Shown here: piece after piece, positions 34,203-43,821 of the stretch
Numbering within the stretch: the first letter of the stretch is position 1
Layout: every line of letters starts with the position of its first letter
Origin: Chloroflexota bacterium
GTDB taxonomy: Bacteria > Chloroflexota > Anaerolineae > Caldilineales > Caldilineaceae
DNA: 64,000 nt
Direction of reading: 5' to 3'
NCBI GenBank assembly: GCA_003451595.1
Contig: DMDA01000101.1
Coordinates: forward strand, 67,531-131,530
Translations under genes and position numbers: made by a program
The notes under the pieces: model-generated
Told to the model about the DNA's origin: nothing
Seen by the model: the letters and a program-made list of their open reading frames with translations, nothing else
Databases searched by the model: none

Positions 34203-35276
34203 ATGACGGCGAACCTCTCACCTTCCCTGTGGCGCCGCTGGCGCGGGCTGTTGATCACGCTGGCGGCGGCGCTCCTGCTGCCCTTCGTCGTAGGGCTACT
34301 GGAGGGACAACCACCGACAGCGGTATTGGCGAACAGCGCAGGCGTCTCAAAGTTCGTGCAGGGATTGGCAATCGAGGTGTTTATTTTCGCCCTTTATGCG
34401 CTGAGCTACGACTTGATCTTTGGCATCACAGGACTGCTTTCCTTTGGTCATGCCATGTTTTTCGCAGTCGGCGCCTACCTCACCGGCGCACTGATCAAGA
34501 GTTTCGGGCTGCCGCTATGGCAGACGTTGATCTGGGTGACGTTTGCCTCAGTGTTGCAGGCGCTGCTCTTTAGCGTCGTATTGCCACGCGTCAAGGGAAT
34601 CACCTTTGCGCTGGTGACCCTGGGCATGGCCTCAGTCTTCCACCTTATGATCATGTCGCGCGAGTTAGGTGAATTCACCGGCGCGGATGTAGGATTGCAG
34701 GGGATGATCAAGCCTGACTTCCTCAACCCGGCGACCGAGCGCCTGCGTCTCTACTACGTGGCATTGGCGTTGTTGGTGACGATGTACTATCTCTTCAAGC
34801 GTTTCGTCGATTCACCCACGGGGCGCGTCTGCGTGGCAATCCGCGAGAACGAAGGGCGCGCGCTGATGCTGGGCTACAACACCTTCCGCTTCAAGCTGGC
34901 GGCGCTGCTGCTCTCATCCTTCGCTGCGGCGCTGGCGGGCGCGCTCTACGCTATCTATCAGCCGATCATCTCGCCGCACATCGCCTCGCTCGGCTTCACC
35001 GTGACGGCGCTGCTGATCATCTTGATCGGCGGCGTGGGCACGCTGCAGGGTGCGCTAGTCGGTGCACTGGTCTACCGCCTGCTCGACTTTGGCTTGCGCC
35101 GCTACATGGGCGAAAGCGCCAGCTTCGTCAACGGCCTCATCTATGTACTGATCGTGATCTTTCTACCCTACGGCATTGTGGGCACATGGCGGATGAAATC
35201 TTTGCAATTGCGCCAAGGCTGGGCGAAGATCGGCGACGCCATTCCATGGAAACCCAATGACGGCGCCGCTCGCTGA
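34203..35276 (+). CDS. Branched-chain-type ABC permease (LivM-like)
   Basis: Multi-TM protein. RBS aaggag lies before the ATG. Confidence 0.75.
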   Translation: MTANLSPSLWRRWRGLLITLAAALLLPFVVGLLEGQPPTAVLANSAGVSKFVQGLAIEVFIFALYALSYDLIFGITGLLSFGHAMFFAVGAYLTGALIKSFGLPLWQTLIWVTFASVLQALLFSVVLPRVKGITFALVTLGMASVFHLMIMSRELGEFTGADVGLQGMIKPDFLNPATERLRLYYVALALLVTMYYLFKRFVDSPTGRVCVAIRENEGRALMLGYNTFRFKLAALLLSSFAAALAGALYAIYQPIISPHIASLGFTVTALLIILIGGVGTLQGALVGALVYRLLDFGLRRYMGESASFVNGLIYVLIVIFLPYGIVGTWRMKSLQLRQGWAKIGDAIPWKPNDGAAR

Positions 35277-35985
35277 GATCATCTATGTGCTGCTGGTGAT
35301 AGGTGCAGGCGCGTTCATCCGGGCGGCAGTGGGCTTTGGCGACGCCCTGCTGGCCATGCCGCTGTTGGCGCTGGTGATCGGTTTACAGATCGCCACACCG
35401 CTGGTCGGCATTGTCAGCCTGTTGGTCACGATCGTGCTGCTCACTACGAGCTGGCGCAGCGTGAACCTGGCGGCAAGCTGGCGATTGATTGCAGCCTCTG
35501 CAGTGGGCGCGCCGGTGGGGTTGTGGGTCTTCATCCATGTCGATGAGTGGGTGATGCATGTGGTTTTAGGCGGGGTGCTGATCGGCTACGGCGCCTACAA
35601 CCTGCTCCGTCCGGGGCTGCCGCCGCTGCACAGCGAAGGCTGGGCTTTTCCCTTTGGTTTTATAGCTGGCATCCTGGGCAGCGCCTACAACACGAGCGGC
35701 CCGCCGGTGATCATCTATGGCGCCATGCGTCGCTGGCCACCCGATGTCTTCCGGGCGACGCTCCAGGGTTTCTTTCTGGTCAACGGCATCATGATTGCTG
35801 CTGGTCACGCCCTGGCCGGCTTATGGACGGAGCAAGTGCTGTGGCTGGCGATCTTCACGCTGCCGGCGCTGACGCTGGGGATGTTGGCGGGGATTGCAGC
35901 GCAACAGATGATTTCGCCGGCGGCGTTCAGCCGCGTGGTCTTCGTGCTTTTGATTCTCCTGGGGGGCGTCTTCCTGTTGCCGTGA
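35257..35985 (+). CDS. TauE/SafE-family anion exporter-like membrane protein
   Basis: A 242-aa polytopic membrane protein with a Gly-rich helix pattern typical of TauE/SafE. Confidence 0.6.
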   Translation: MTAPLAEIIYVLLVIGAGAFIRAAVGFGDALLAMPLLALVIGLQIATPLVGIVSLLVTIVLLTTSWRSVNLAASWRLIAASAVGAPVGLWVFIHVDEWVMHVVLGGVLIGYGAYNLLRPGLPPLHSEGWAFPFGFIAGILGSAYNTSGPPVIIYGAMRRWPPDVFRATLQGFFLVNGIMIAAGHALAGLWTEQVLWLAIFTLPALTLGMLAGIAAQQMISPAAFSRVVFVLLILLGGVFLLP

Positions 35986-36065
35986 GCAATAGTTCAGCCA
36001 TTCCAATTGGTCGAACGATGGGAATAACGGTCATAACAACTGCCGGAACGCCCCTTCTATGACAG

Positions 36066-36476
36066 TCATCCAGTCATCGCCGGAAGCAGGCCGAGCTGTT
36101 GCAGCAGCCCCAGTTCATCGGCGCGCGACCAGCCTTCGACGATCTTGCCGTTTTCCACCCGCAGCATGGTGATGCCGGTCTGCTCCATATGTTTGTGCGT
36201 GGCCGGCGCGCCCATGAACGCTCCCTGCTGCGTACCATGCGCCGTCCAGCGCGAGACAACCATATCACCCTCCGCCACCTGAGCGTCGATGGTGATATGC
36301 ACATCGGGGAAGGCGACGCGCACATCGGCAATCTTCTGTTTCAAGACGGCGGGCGTCTCACCGGTGTACCGATTGATGAAGGTAGGCGCGTAGATCTCGT
36401 CGATCACCTCCAGCCGGCCCTCGTTCCAGGCCAATAGCTCACGACTGACCAGGTCATTGATCGTTTGTGTTGACAT
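36066..36476 (-). CDS. SnoaL-like ester cyclase family protein
   Basis: [21 protein letters not shown]...GKIVEGW pattern of the NTF2-fold ester cyclases. Confidence 0.7.
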   Translation of the reverse strand: MSTQTINDLVSRELLAWNEGRLEVIDEIYAPTFINRYTGETPAVLKQKIADVRVAFPDVHITIDAQVAEGDMVVSRWTAHGTQQGAFMGAPATHKHMEQTGITMLRVENGKIVEGWSRADELGLLQQLGLLPAMTG

Positions 36477-36784
36477 CAGTTGCTCCTTGCTAGTAAATGG
36501 CTAGATATCTCGCCGCTGTTCGGCAACAGCGTCTCGTGTTTGGGTGGACCACCCATCGCCAGACCGATTACTGCGCCGGTTCCGTCTTCGGCGACGAAAA
36601 TCTGCACCTGGGGATCATCGCTGTCGGCAATCTCCTGCAGCGAGCATCGCCAGTTGCGCTCCGACTCAGCGTAGGCTTCGTCCAGCGGCAACCGATAAAG
36701 CACTGCATCAGGAATCCGTCCACGATAGGTTGCATACCCGGTGTCGATCAACCTGAAAACGATGGAACCGGCGAACGCCGGCAA
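36476..36784 (-). pseudogene. GNAT acetyltransferase N-terminal fragment (102 codons), or a short stand-alone protein
   Basis: IFVAEDGTGAVIGLAMGG resembles GNAT beta4. The acetyl-CoA-binding Q/RxxGxG/A segment that should follow is absent, and the ORF stops at the SnoaL start (TGATG overlap). Confidence 0.35.
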
Positions 36785-36827
36785 CCTTGTGGCAAGTTAT
36801 GTCATGAGAGAGCGAATGCACCTCTCA

Positions 36828-37646
36828 TCATGCGCGGATCGCCACCACTTCGAGATAATCGGACGAAAACTGGGTGGAGCCGTCGTCGGCGAGATTGTGC
36901 GCCGACCAAAGAGCGACCAGTTCGTTGCGCAGCCCCTGTTGTTTGTCGCTATCTAAAGCGGCAAAAGCACGATTCAGAGGGCCGTAAGTCTCACAGTAGA
37001 ACTCGAAGACCTCCGCCGGCGGGAACGGATATGCATAATGGTAGAGGCGTTTGCTCAGGCGCAACTCAGCAATCCCGGCTTGAAAACGCTCCCGAACAGT
37101 CGCCTCGTCGCCCCAAAGCACCGGCGGTGGCATCAACGGCGAGGGTGGCGCATAGCGCGAGATAATCTTGAACACTTGACCGGTAAGACCCTGCGGCGTC
37201 CAGTTGCCCATAACAATGCGACCACCTGGACGACAGACGCGCACCAGTTCAGCCGCCACACGTTCAGGGCGCGGGGCAAACATCGCGCCGATCAGGCTGA
37301 CCACAATATCGAATGAGCCATCGGCGTAGGGCAATTCTTCGGCGTCGCCTTCATCAAAACGCACAGTTAACCGCTCCGCCTCGGCGCGGGCGCGCGCCTG
37401 AGCAATCCAATTGGGAGCGATGTCAATGCCGGTGACGTCGGCGCCAGCGCGCGCGGCGGGAATCGCAAGTTGCCCTGCCCCACAGGCCACGTCCAACAAA
37501 CGCACCCCAGGTTGGATGGGGATGCGCCCCAGAAATTCCAGTGCACTCGCTTGCAGATAATCGGCAAAGCGTCCGTAGTCCCCAGTGTTCCAAGCCGCTT
37601 TGAGTCGCGCCTTTAGAGCCGCCATTTCAGGTGTGAGTTCACTCAT
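36828..37646 (-). CDS. Class I SAM-dependent methyltransferase
   Basis: Motif [28 protein letters not shown]. Confidence 0.8.
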   Translation of the reverse strand: MSELTPEMAALKARLKAAWNTGDYGRFADYLQASALEFLGRIPIQPGVRLLDVACGAGQLAIPAARAGADVTGIDIAPNWIAQARARAEAERLTVRFDEGDAEELPYADGSFDIVVSLIGAMFAPRPERVAAELVRVCRPGGRIVMGNWTPQGLTGQVFKIISRYAPPSPLMPPPVLWGDEATVRERFQAGIAELRLSKRLYHYAYPFPPAEVFEFYCETYGPLNRAFAALDSDKQQGLRNELVALWSAHNLADDGSTQFSSDYLEVVAIRA

Positions 37647-37720
37647 CTCCGCCTCCTTTGACTTCCTGCCGAGTGAATACTATATAGTGCATCTTGAGCA
37701 ATTCCGACGCCGTCCTACCT

Positions 37721-38194
37721 TCAACTATCCGCCAGCGGCGATGACTTTCGTGTGCCAACATCACTTGTCATGCTGGAGCGTAGGAGACTCGCCAGCTTGA
37801 GAAGCTGCTGGCTATCACGATCGTCAAGCTCCTGGTCGGCGCCCCGTCCGGTTTCTAGCAACTGTTTTATGGCTTCTTTGAGTTCGAAATATCTGGCGCG
37901 AGTGGGCTCTGACAAGTAGATGCCGCCTTCCTCGAAATACCATACGCGCATCGCGGTGGTAAGTTCTTCAAGGGTCGATAATGTGAGCGGCTTAGGGCGA
38001 TCATAGCGGGCAGCGAGCTGCAGATGATTCCACAGCTTCTTATAGACATCCAGACGGCGACTCCGCAAATCTCTGTCGTAGTCTGCTTCCAAATCCTTGC
38101 GAAACTTCAAGATCGCCGCCAGATAAGTCCCTGCAATCCCAGACAGAACGCCAAACAGCCCGGTAATGATTGGTGGCAAGAGCGCCGACTCCAT
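37721..38194 (-). CDS. Hypothetical protein with one N-terminal TM helix
   Basis: RBS aaggag lies 7 nt before ATG 38194. A hydrophobic segment ([25 protein letters not shown]) is followed by a charged helical domain. No family recognised. Confidence 0.5.
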   Translation of the reverse strand: MESALLPPIITGLFGVLSGIAGTYLAAILKFRKDLEADYDRDLRSRRLDVYKKLWNHLQLAARYDRPKPLTLSTLEELTTAMRVWYFEEGGIYLSEPTRARYFELKEAIKQLLETGRGADQELDDRDSQQLLKLASLLRSSMTSDVGTRKSSPLADS

Positions 38195-38348
38195 TTTCTT
38201 CTCCTTTGCGATTTTTGCTTTCAATGCTGTGCTTCCGTGTGCCCCATCGTTTCTCGATCAAACCCAGCGCCTGTGCTGCCAGGGTGAGCGTTTGCACGGC
38301 GTCCACGCTATGGCCCGGTAATATTTGACTTTTATTTCCCTCGCCTGA

Positions 38349-39320
38349 CTAACGGCGCGGGCGGGGCGCTAGCGGGACTCCTTCCTCTGGCAATAGGATG
38401 GTCGTTCCACCCAGACTCCCACCGGAACCAGGTGGCTGAAGTGACGTTGGTTCTATACGGGGCGGCAACTCACGCAGGATGCCGATCCGCTCCACCTGTA
38501 GCCAGAAGACGTAATCCCCGTGCAAGATGTCAGCGTCTCGATATGAGAATTGGCGGACGCCGAGGCCATACCCTTCATTGCGCGCCAACATCTCTTCGGC
38601 GCGTGCTTGCGTCAGATCCAACACCTGTGGGGTGAAAAGCAGCTCGCCTGTGGTCGCATCACGCGTCGTGCCAATAGGGCGCGTGCCGGCCTGTCCCAAA
38701 GGCTCGGTCAGGGTGGCTCCAGTCTGAATTCCCAACGAGACGGCGTCAAATACAGGAGCCGCCACCGGCCAGACGCCGCTGACAATCTCTTTGGCTTTGG
38801 CGCCGAATTTTTCGTCAGCCGCCACCTGCCAGCGCAGCCAGCCGCTCATCGCATCCTCGCCGGGGTCGCGCTCCCAGATGGTGGGCGTGATAAACAGGAT
38901 GTTTTCATGGGTGACCCGCCGTCCGATCCAGTAGGTGGTGTGGTCGCCTTCCCAATCACTCACCAAGTCGCCCTCCCAGATCAGCAGGGGCGGGACATCT
39001 TCTGGATTGGGAAATGGCTCTCTTCGCTCATACGGCCTGGGGCCAGGGAACTCGTCGCCGCTGGCAATGCCAAATTGGAGATTGCCAAAGATGTCACGGG
39101 CGCTGCCGAAGACGTAGCGACCATCACCCGGCGCGCCGAGCGTTCTGGTGACGCGGCGGGCCGGCTCGCCAAGCAGATTTCCTGCACCGTCCAGATAGCG
39201 GTATTCAATTTGAAAAAAGAGTTCATCGCCAAAGCCATCCCGATTGAGCGCATCATCCCAGGTAGAGTTGTTGCAGCGAAAACCGTTGAGCGAAACGCGA
39301 TAGTGACCTTGAATTCTCAT
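38349..39320 (-). CDS. Hypothetical protein, 323 aa, no recognisable family
   Basis: Balanced composition rich in W, Y, D and E. RBS gggag lies before ATG 39320. The antisense track ORF (38550-39593 +) is Arg-rich and crosses an intergenic gap, so the minus-strand ORF is preferred. Confidence 0.55.
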   Translation of the reverse strand: MRIQGHYRVSLNGFRCNNSTWDDALNRDGFGDELFFQIEYRYLDGAGNLLGEPARRVTRTLGAPGDGRYVFGSARDIFGNLQFGIASGDEFPGPRPYERREPFPNPEDVPPLLIWEGDLVSDWEGDHTTYWIGRRVTHENILFITPTIWERDPGEDAMSGWLRWQVAADEKFGAKAKEIVSGVWPVAAPVFDAVSLGIQTGATLTEPLGQAGTRPIGTTRDATTGELLFTPQVLDLTQARAEEMLARNEGYGLGVRQFSYRDADILHGDYVFWLQVERIGILRELPPRIEPTSLQPPGSGGSLGGTTILLPEEGVPLAPRPRR

Positions 39321-39358
39321 GTTGTGCTCCCGATCACATCAGCTGGCAAGAGGTGCGT

Positions 39359-39742
39359 TTACGATTCGCGAAAGACCTGCCAACTCACGCAGCGCCACCG
39401 ATCCTCTTGCTTCATAAAAATCTTCACATTGCGAAACGTTTTTTGGAGCAATGCGCCATCGTTGCCCTGTTCTTGCGTGGTCAACAGTGAGGTAATCACA
39501 GCGCAGTTTGCAAATATTTTCGGATTGTCGGGTCCATCGTCCTCCGCCACGCGGCGTTCAAGAAAAGGATTAGGGCCGAAGAGCACGTCGTAGATCATCT
39601 CTTTTTTGCTCTGAACCGTTCCTGACGCGCGCTTGATCCTGAATTCATCGGCCAGAATCGCCTCAAGCGGCTCCTGTTCTCGCCGTTGCTCGGCTTCAAA
39701 GGTTGCGCGGTTCAATCGCCGCACTTCATCGCTGTCGTTCAT
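39359..39742 (-). CDS. NTF2-fold (DUF4440/SnoaL-like) small protein
   Basis: Size and pattern (...FRIKRASGTVQSKKEMI...RWRCVSWQV) fit NTF2-like proteins. ATG 39742 is preceded by agga. Confidence 0.45.
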   Translation of the reverse strand: MNDSDEVRRLNRATFEAEQRREQEPLEAILADEFRIKRASGTVQSKKEMIYDVLFGPNPFLERRVAEDDGPDNPKIFANCAVITSLLTTQEQGNDGALLQKTFRNVKIFMKQEDRWRCVSWQVFRES

Positions 39743-39941
39743 GATTGGTTCCTGTTCTCTATTTGAGATACCAGAAATCTGCACCTGTTCTCATTTGTGA
39801 TCAGCAGGCATTAAGAACAAGGAGGCCGACAACTTCGTGATTGGCAACATCGTTCGGCATCAACCGTAGGCGCGGATAGCACCCACACAAGTCCGGTTGT
39901 GCTCCTGCTGATAATGGAAAATTACCACAAAGCGTCTTGCG

Positions 39942-40011
39942 TTTCTTGCCATTTCTTGCCAGAAAGTCAGAAAATGCTCGTTGCAATTTTGGCAAGAAAG
40001 TGATTTATAAT
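39942..40011 (+). promoter_or_regulatory. Divergent control region: 10-bp motif tttcttgcca in two tandem copies plus one inverted copy inside a TTGCAA-N19-TATAAT promoter
   Basis: tttcttgcca at 39942-39951 and 39952-39961. The reverse complement tggcaagaaa is at 39990-39999. ttgcaa is at 39981-39986 and tataat at 40006-40011. Confidence 0.55.
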
Positions 40012-40056
40012 GGTGTATCGCTTGCGGGGCGTTCACTGGTGATTAAGGAGCGATGC

Positions 40057-42777
40057 GTGGCTGTTTCCCACGATCCTTTCATCACCTTTTCCACCTGTGG
40101 GGAGCTGCTGAAGTTCCTGCGTCGTCGCGCCCGGCTTTCGCTGCATGAGTTGTCGATTGCCGTCGGGTACAGCGAATCGCACCTGAGCCGTATCGAAAAC
40201 AACACGCGCTTCACCGATCGCTCCACACTGCTGGCGCGCTTTGTTCCCGCGCTTGGTCTGGAGGGCGAGCCGGAGATTGTAGCGCGCTTGCTGGCGCTTT
40301 GCGACCAACAACCAAATGACGCAGCGCCGATCGCTAATCCCGCTGCAGCGCCATCTTCCGTCCCCTTGCCGCCCATCTCACAACCGGCATCGACGAACGT
40401 CTATCCGTTTCCTCTGCAGCTAACCTCATTCATCGGTCGCGTCGAGGAGATCTCCGAGGTGCGCAAGCTGTTGCAAGACCAGAATGTGCGGCTGGTGACT
40501 CTGACCGGCGCCGGTGGATGCGGCAAAACGCGGCTGGCGTTGCGCATCGGCGAAGAGATGAAGCCTTTCTACACCGACGGGGTGCATCTGGTCGAGCTGG
40601 CTGCGCTCGTTGAACCACATCTGTTGCCGACCATGCTGGCGACAACTATTATTGGCGTGAGCATCGTTGCCAGCGAGGTTGCGCTGACTGCATTGGTGGA
40701 CTTCCTACGCTCCTCCCGACGGCTATTGATTCTAGACAATTGTGAGCATCTGATCGAAGCTGTCGTCGATGCAGTGGTGACTTTGTTGTTGGCTTGTCCT
40801 CAACTGCAGATTTTGACCACCAGCCGTGAGATACTGGCGATTCCTGGGGAGTTTGTCTATCGAGTTCAACCGCTGGCGTTGCCATCCATGCAGATGGACG
40901 TACAGCTTTCAGCCGCAACGATTGTCAGGTGCGACGGCGTTCGGCTTTTTGTAGAGCGCGCTCGCGCAGCCTCCAACACATTTGTGCTGACCGACCAAAA
41001 CGCCTCTGCGGTGGCGCGTATCTGCCATCGACTGGACGGAATTCCACTTTGCATCGAGTTAGCGGCGGCGTGGGTCGCCACACTTGCGCCTGAGGAGATT
41101 GCAGCACGGCTGGAGCATGATCTTTCGCTGCTCACAACCGACAGTCGTCGCACACTTCAGCGACACCAAACGCTGCACGCCGCCATCGATTGGAGTTACC
41201 GTCTGCTTTCTGCGAAAGAACGTAGATTGCTCCGACGTCTGGCAGTCTTTCGCGGAGGGTGGAGCCTCGAAGCCGCTGAGATGGTTGTGGCCGACGACCA
41301 GGATAACGGACAGACGGTTGCTGCGCAAGAGGTGCTGACGTTGCTCCGACAACTGGTAAATAAATCGCTGGTTACGGTGGATGATTCTCTCAAAAGCGGC
41401 GCACATTACCGTCTGTTGGAGCCGCTGCGCGAAGTGTTGTACGAAAAGCTCGTTGCGGCCGAAGAGCAGACGCAACTTCAACAACGCCACCTTGCCTACT
41501 ACACACGGCTGGCGGAGGCGGCGGAAGCCGGATTGTCGGGCGCAGATCAGCAACAATGGCTGGATCGACTGGAGACCGAACACGACAATCTGCGTCTTGC
41601 GCTGAAATGGGGAAGCGAACACACCGAAGAGCCAGCGATAATGGCAGCCCGTCTGGCAGCGCGCGTCTGGCGCTTCTGGCTGGTGCGCGGCCACTATGCC
41701 GAGGGGCGTCACTGGCTGGAGCAGGCGCTTGCCAGCGGTCATCTCACCGATTCTGTACGCGTGCGGCTGCTGTATGGCGCCAGCGTGCTGGCGCGGCTGC
41801 AACTTGACTTGACGGCTGCGCAACATTTTGCCAAAGAGCAACAACGCCTGGCTCAACGTCTTGACGATCGCCAGGGGATAGCCGATAGCTACGGTGTGAT
41901 GGGGTGGGTCGAAGAATTTCTTGGCAACTATCAGAGAGCGCTGAATTGCTTCAACAAGCGGTTGACGCTTTCCAGAGCATTGGGCAACCAGCGCGGGGTC
42001 GCCTATGCGTTACGCGGTTTGGGCGAGACGGCGACCGTGCTCGGCATGTATAACGAAGCCGACGCGTGGCTGAATGAGGCGCTAACCATCTTTTTACAGC
42101 TTGGCGACCGGCGCTATGTGGCGCAACTATGGAATGCTCTGGGCGTGTTGGCACATCATGTCAATAAACCAAGCATCGCCGAATCCTACTTTCAACTTAG
42201 CCTGGCAACCTATCGCAGCGTCAACGATAGACGTGGAATTGTGAAGTCGTTGCTGAACCTGTCAAAGCTGCTGCTGATCCAAGGGGATATACCGAACGCT
42301 GCTGCGCACCAAGAAGAAGCCGCTCAACAAATTCGTGGGCTGGCCGACAAACTCCTGTTGGCTTCGATATGGTCAAATCGGGCGCGTCTGGCCTCTTATA
42401 AGCATGACTGGGCGGAAGCAGAATCTGCGGTTATCCAGTCTCTGCAGCTACGGCGCGAGATGAATCACCGACCAGGCGCCGTTGAGGAACTCGAACAATT
42501 TGCTGATGTGACGTTTGCTGAGCATCATGCGACGCTCGCCGTTTGTTTGTGGAGCGCTGTAGATCGTTTCCGACGCATGATGCATATGGCTGCGCCACCC
42601 TGTGAGCAAACATTTCATGTCCAGCAGCTCGAATGCGCTCACCTGCATTTTTCCCCGGCAGAATTTGACGCCGCCTGGCAGACGGGCCAGGCCATGTCCT
42701 GGGAGCAGACCCTCGCATATGCGCTCGGCGAATATAAATTCCGGCATTTCAGAATGCGCCAGTGCGAAGCAAAATGA
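40057..42777 (+). CDS. HTH(XRE)-STAND NTPase-TPR signal-transduction regulator
   Basis: XRE-type HTH (LSLHELSIAVGYSESHLSRIENNTR), P-loop LTGAGGCGKTRLAL, Walker B LLILDNCEHL, and a C-terminal TPR-like repeat region. GTG 40057 lies 6 nt after aaggag. The track extension to 39937 is rejected. Confidence 0.8.
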   Translation: MAVSHDPFITFSTCGELLKFLRRRARLSLHELSIAVGYSESHLSRIENNTRFTDRSTLLARFVPALGLEGEPEIVARLLALCDQQPNDAAPIANPAAAPSSVPLPPISQPASTNVYPFPLQLTSFIGRVEEISEVRKLLQDQNVRLVTLTGAGGCGKTRLALRIGEEMKPFYTDGVHLVELAALVEPHLLPTMLATTIIGVSIVASEVALTALVDFLRSSRRLLILDNCEHLIEAVVDAVVTLLLACPQLQILTTSREILAIPGEFVYRVQPLALPSMQMDVQLSAATIVRCDGVRLFVERARAASNTFVLTDQNASAVARICHRLDGIPLCIELAAAWVATLAPEEIAARLEHDLSLLTTDSRRTLQRHQTLHAAIDWSYRLLSAKERRLLRRLAVFRGGWSLEAAEMVVADDQDNGQTVAAQEVLTLLRQLVNKSLVTVDDSLKSGAHYRLLEPLREVLYEKLVAAEEQTQLQQRHLAYYTRLAEAAEAGLSGADQQQWLDRLETEHDNLRLALKWGSEHTEEPAIMAARLAARVWRFWLVRGHYAEGRHWLEQALASGHLTDSVRVRLLYGASVLARLQLDLTAAQHFAKEQQRLAQRLDDRQGIADSYGVMGWVEEFLGNYQRALNCFNKRLTLSRALGNQRGVAYALRGLGETATVLGMYNEADAWLNEALTIFLQLGDRRYVAQLWNALGVLAHHVNKPSIAESYFQLSLATYRSVNDRRGIVKSLLNLSKLLLIQGDIPNAAAHQEEAAQQIRGLADKLLLASIWSNRARLASYKHDWAEAESAVIQSLQLRREMNHRPGAVEELEQFADVTFAEHHATLAVCLWSAVDRFRRMMHMAAPPCEQTFHVQQLECAHLHFSPAEFDAAWQTGQAMSWEQTLAYALGEYKFRHFRMRQCEAK

Positions 42778-42857
42778 GCGAAGACGTCCCACGAGAATCA
42801 TGATAGGAGTTACGCAGTTGGCTGGAATCCAGCGTCCTTACGAGTGCCCGCAGCGCT

Positions 42858-43736
42858 TTGCTTGGCCTGGCGGCTGGTGACGGCGTCGGCACGACCGTCG
42901 AATTCAAACCGCGCGGCACATTTGCACCGCTCACCGACATGGTGGGCGGGGGGCCGTTTGGCTTGCAGCCGGGCCAATGGACGGACGACACGTCGATGGC
43001 GCTCTGCCTCGGCTACAGCCTGGAGGAGCGCAACGGCTTCGACGCCCACGACCAGATGACGCGCGGCGTGCGCTGGTGGAAGGAAGGCTACCTGAGCAGC
43101 ACCGACGTCTGCTTCGACATCGGCGTCACCGTGGCGGGCGCGCTACACCGCTTTCAGCAGACCGGCGACCCATTTGCCGGTTCGACCGATCCGCACAAGG
43201 CGGGCAACGGCTGCATCATGCGCCTGGCGCCGGTGCCGATCTTCTATGCTGAGGACATCGACGCGGCGACGCACTACGCCGCAGAGAGCGCGCGCACCAC
43301 GCACGCCGCGCCAGAATGTCTAGACGCCAGCCGCCTCTTTGCGCGCATCCTCGTGCGTGCCCTGCGTGGCGACGACAAGCACACCGTGCTGCTCGGTGAC
43401 CGCGCCACCTTCACCGGCGAGCCCACGATCGAGGCAATTGCACGCGGCGACTACCGCAGCAAACACCAGGCGCAGATTCGCGGCTCCGGCTACGTCGTCG
43501 ACAGCCTGGAAGCCGCGCTCTGGTGTTTCGACCGCACCGACACCTTCGCCGACGCCGTGCTGCTTGCCGCCAACCTGGGCGACGACGCCGACACGACCGC
43601 TGCCGTCTGCGGACAAGTAGCCGGCGCGTTCTACGGCGAAGCGGGGATTCCGGCGGACTGGCGCGCCCGGCTGACGATGGGCGAGGAAATCGCGGCGCTG
43701 GCGGATCGGCTGTGTCGAGGCTACGGCGCAATGTGA
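42858..43736 (+). CDS. ADP-ribosylglycohydrolase family protein (start uncertain)
   Basis: LLGLAAGDGVGTTVEF near the N-terminus and GDDADTTAAVCGQVAGAFYG near the C-terminus are ARH hallmarks. The frame is open from 42807, but the only candidate starts are CTG 42822 and TTG 42858. Confidence 0.75.
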   Translation: MLGLAAGDGVGTTVEFKPRGTFAPLTDMVGGGPFGLQPGQWTDDTSMALCLGYSLEERNGFDAHDQMTRGVRWWKEGYLSSTDVCFDIGVTVAGALHRFQQTGDPFAGSTDPHKAGNGCIMRLAPVPIFYAEDIDAATHYAAESARTTHAAPECLDASRLFARILVRALRGDDKHTVLLGDRATFTGEPTIEAIARGDYRSKHQAQIRGSGYVVDSLEAALWCFDRTDTFADAVLLAANLGDDADTTAAVCGQVAGAFYGEAGIPADWRARLTMGEEIAALADRLCRGYGAM

Positions 43737-43751
43737 TAGGAATGCCGTGAT

Positions 43752-43764
43752 GCTGTGCTATACT
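43752..43764 (+). promoter_or_regulatory. TG-extended -10 element (gctgtgcTATACT) upstream of the BREX-like operon
   Basis: The 13-mer is identical to the -10 region of the sugar ABC promoter at 23182-23194. I saw no good -35. Confidence 0.45.
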
Positions 43765-43801
43765 GGTCATGCAACTACCTGGTGCAACCAAGACGCAAGT
43801 T

Positions 43802-43821
43802 CAGTTCTATCCAGTTCTATC
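43802..43821 (+). repeat. Perfect 2 x 10 bp tandem (cagttctatc) in the leader, abutting the RBS
   Basis: Copies at 43802-43811 and 43812-43821 are identical. RBS aaggaagga follows at 43822-43830. Confidence 0.8.

Noticed and set aside
38550-39593. 347-aa plus-strand ORF
   Set aside because: It spans two minus-strand ORFs and the intergenic gap between them, has an Arg-rich low-complexity translation, and has no RBS. The minus-strand ORFs have RBSs and protein-like composition.
39937-40056. Track-proposed N-terminal extension of the STAND regulator (TTG start at 39937)
   Set aside because: It would translate through the repeated 10-bp motifs and the TTGCAA/TATAAT promoter. A GTG at 40057 with an aaggag RBS 6 nt upstream fits the start of the HTH domain.
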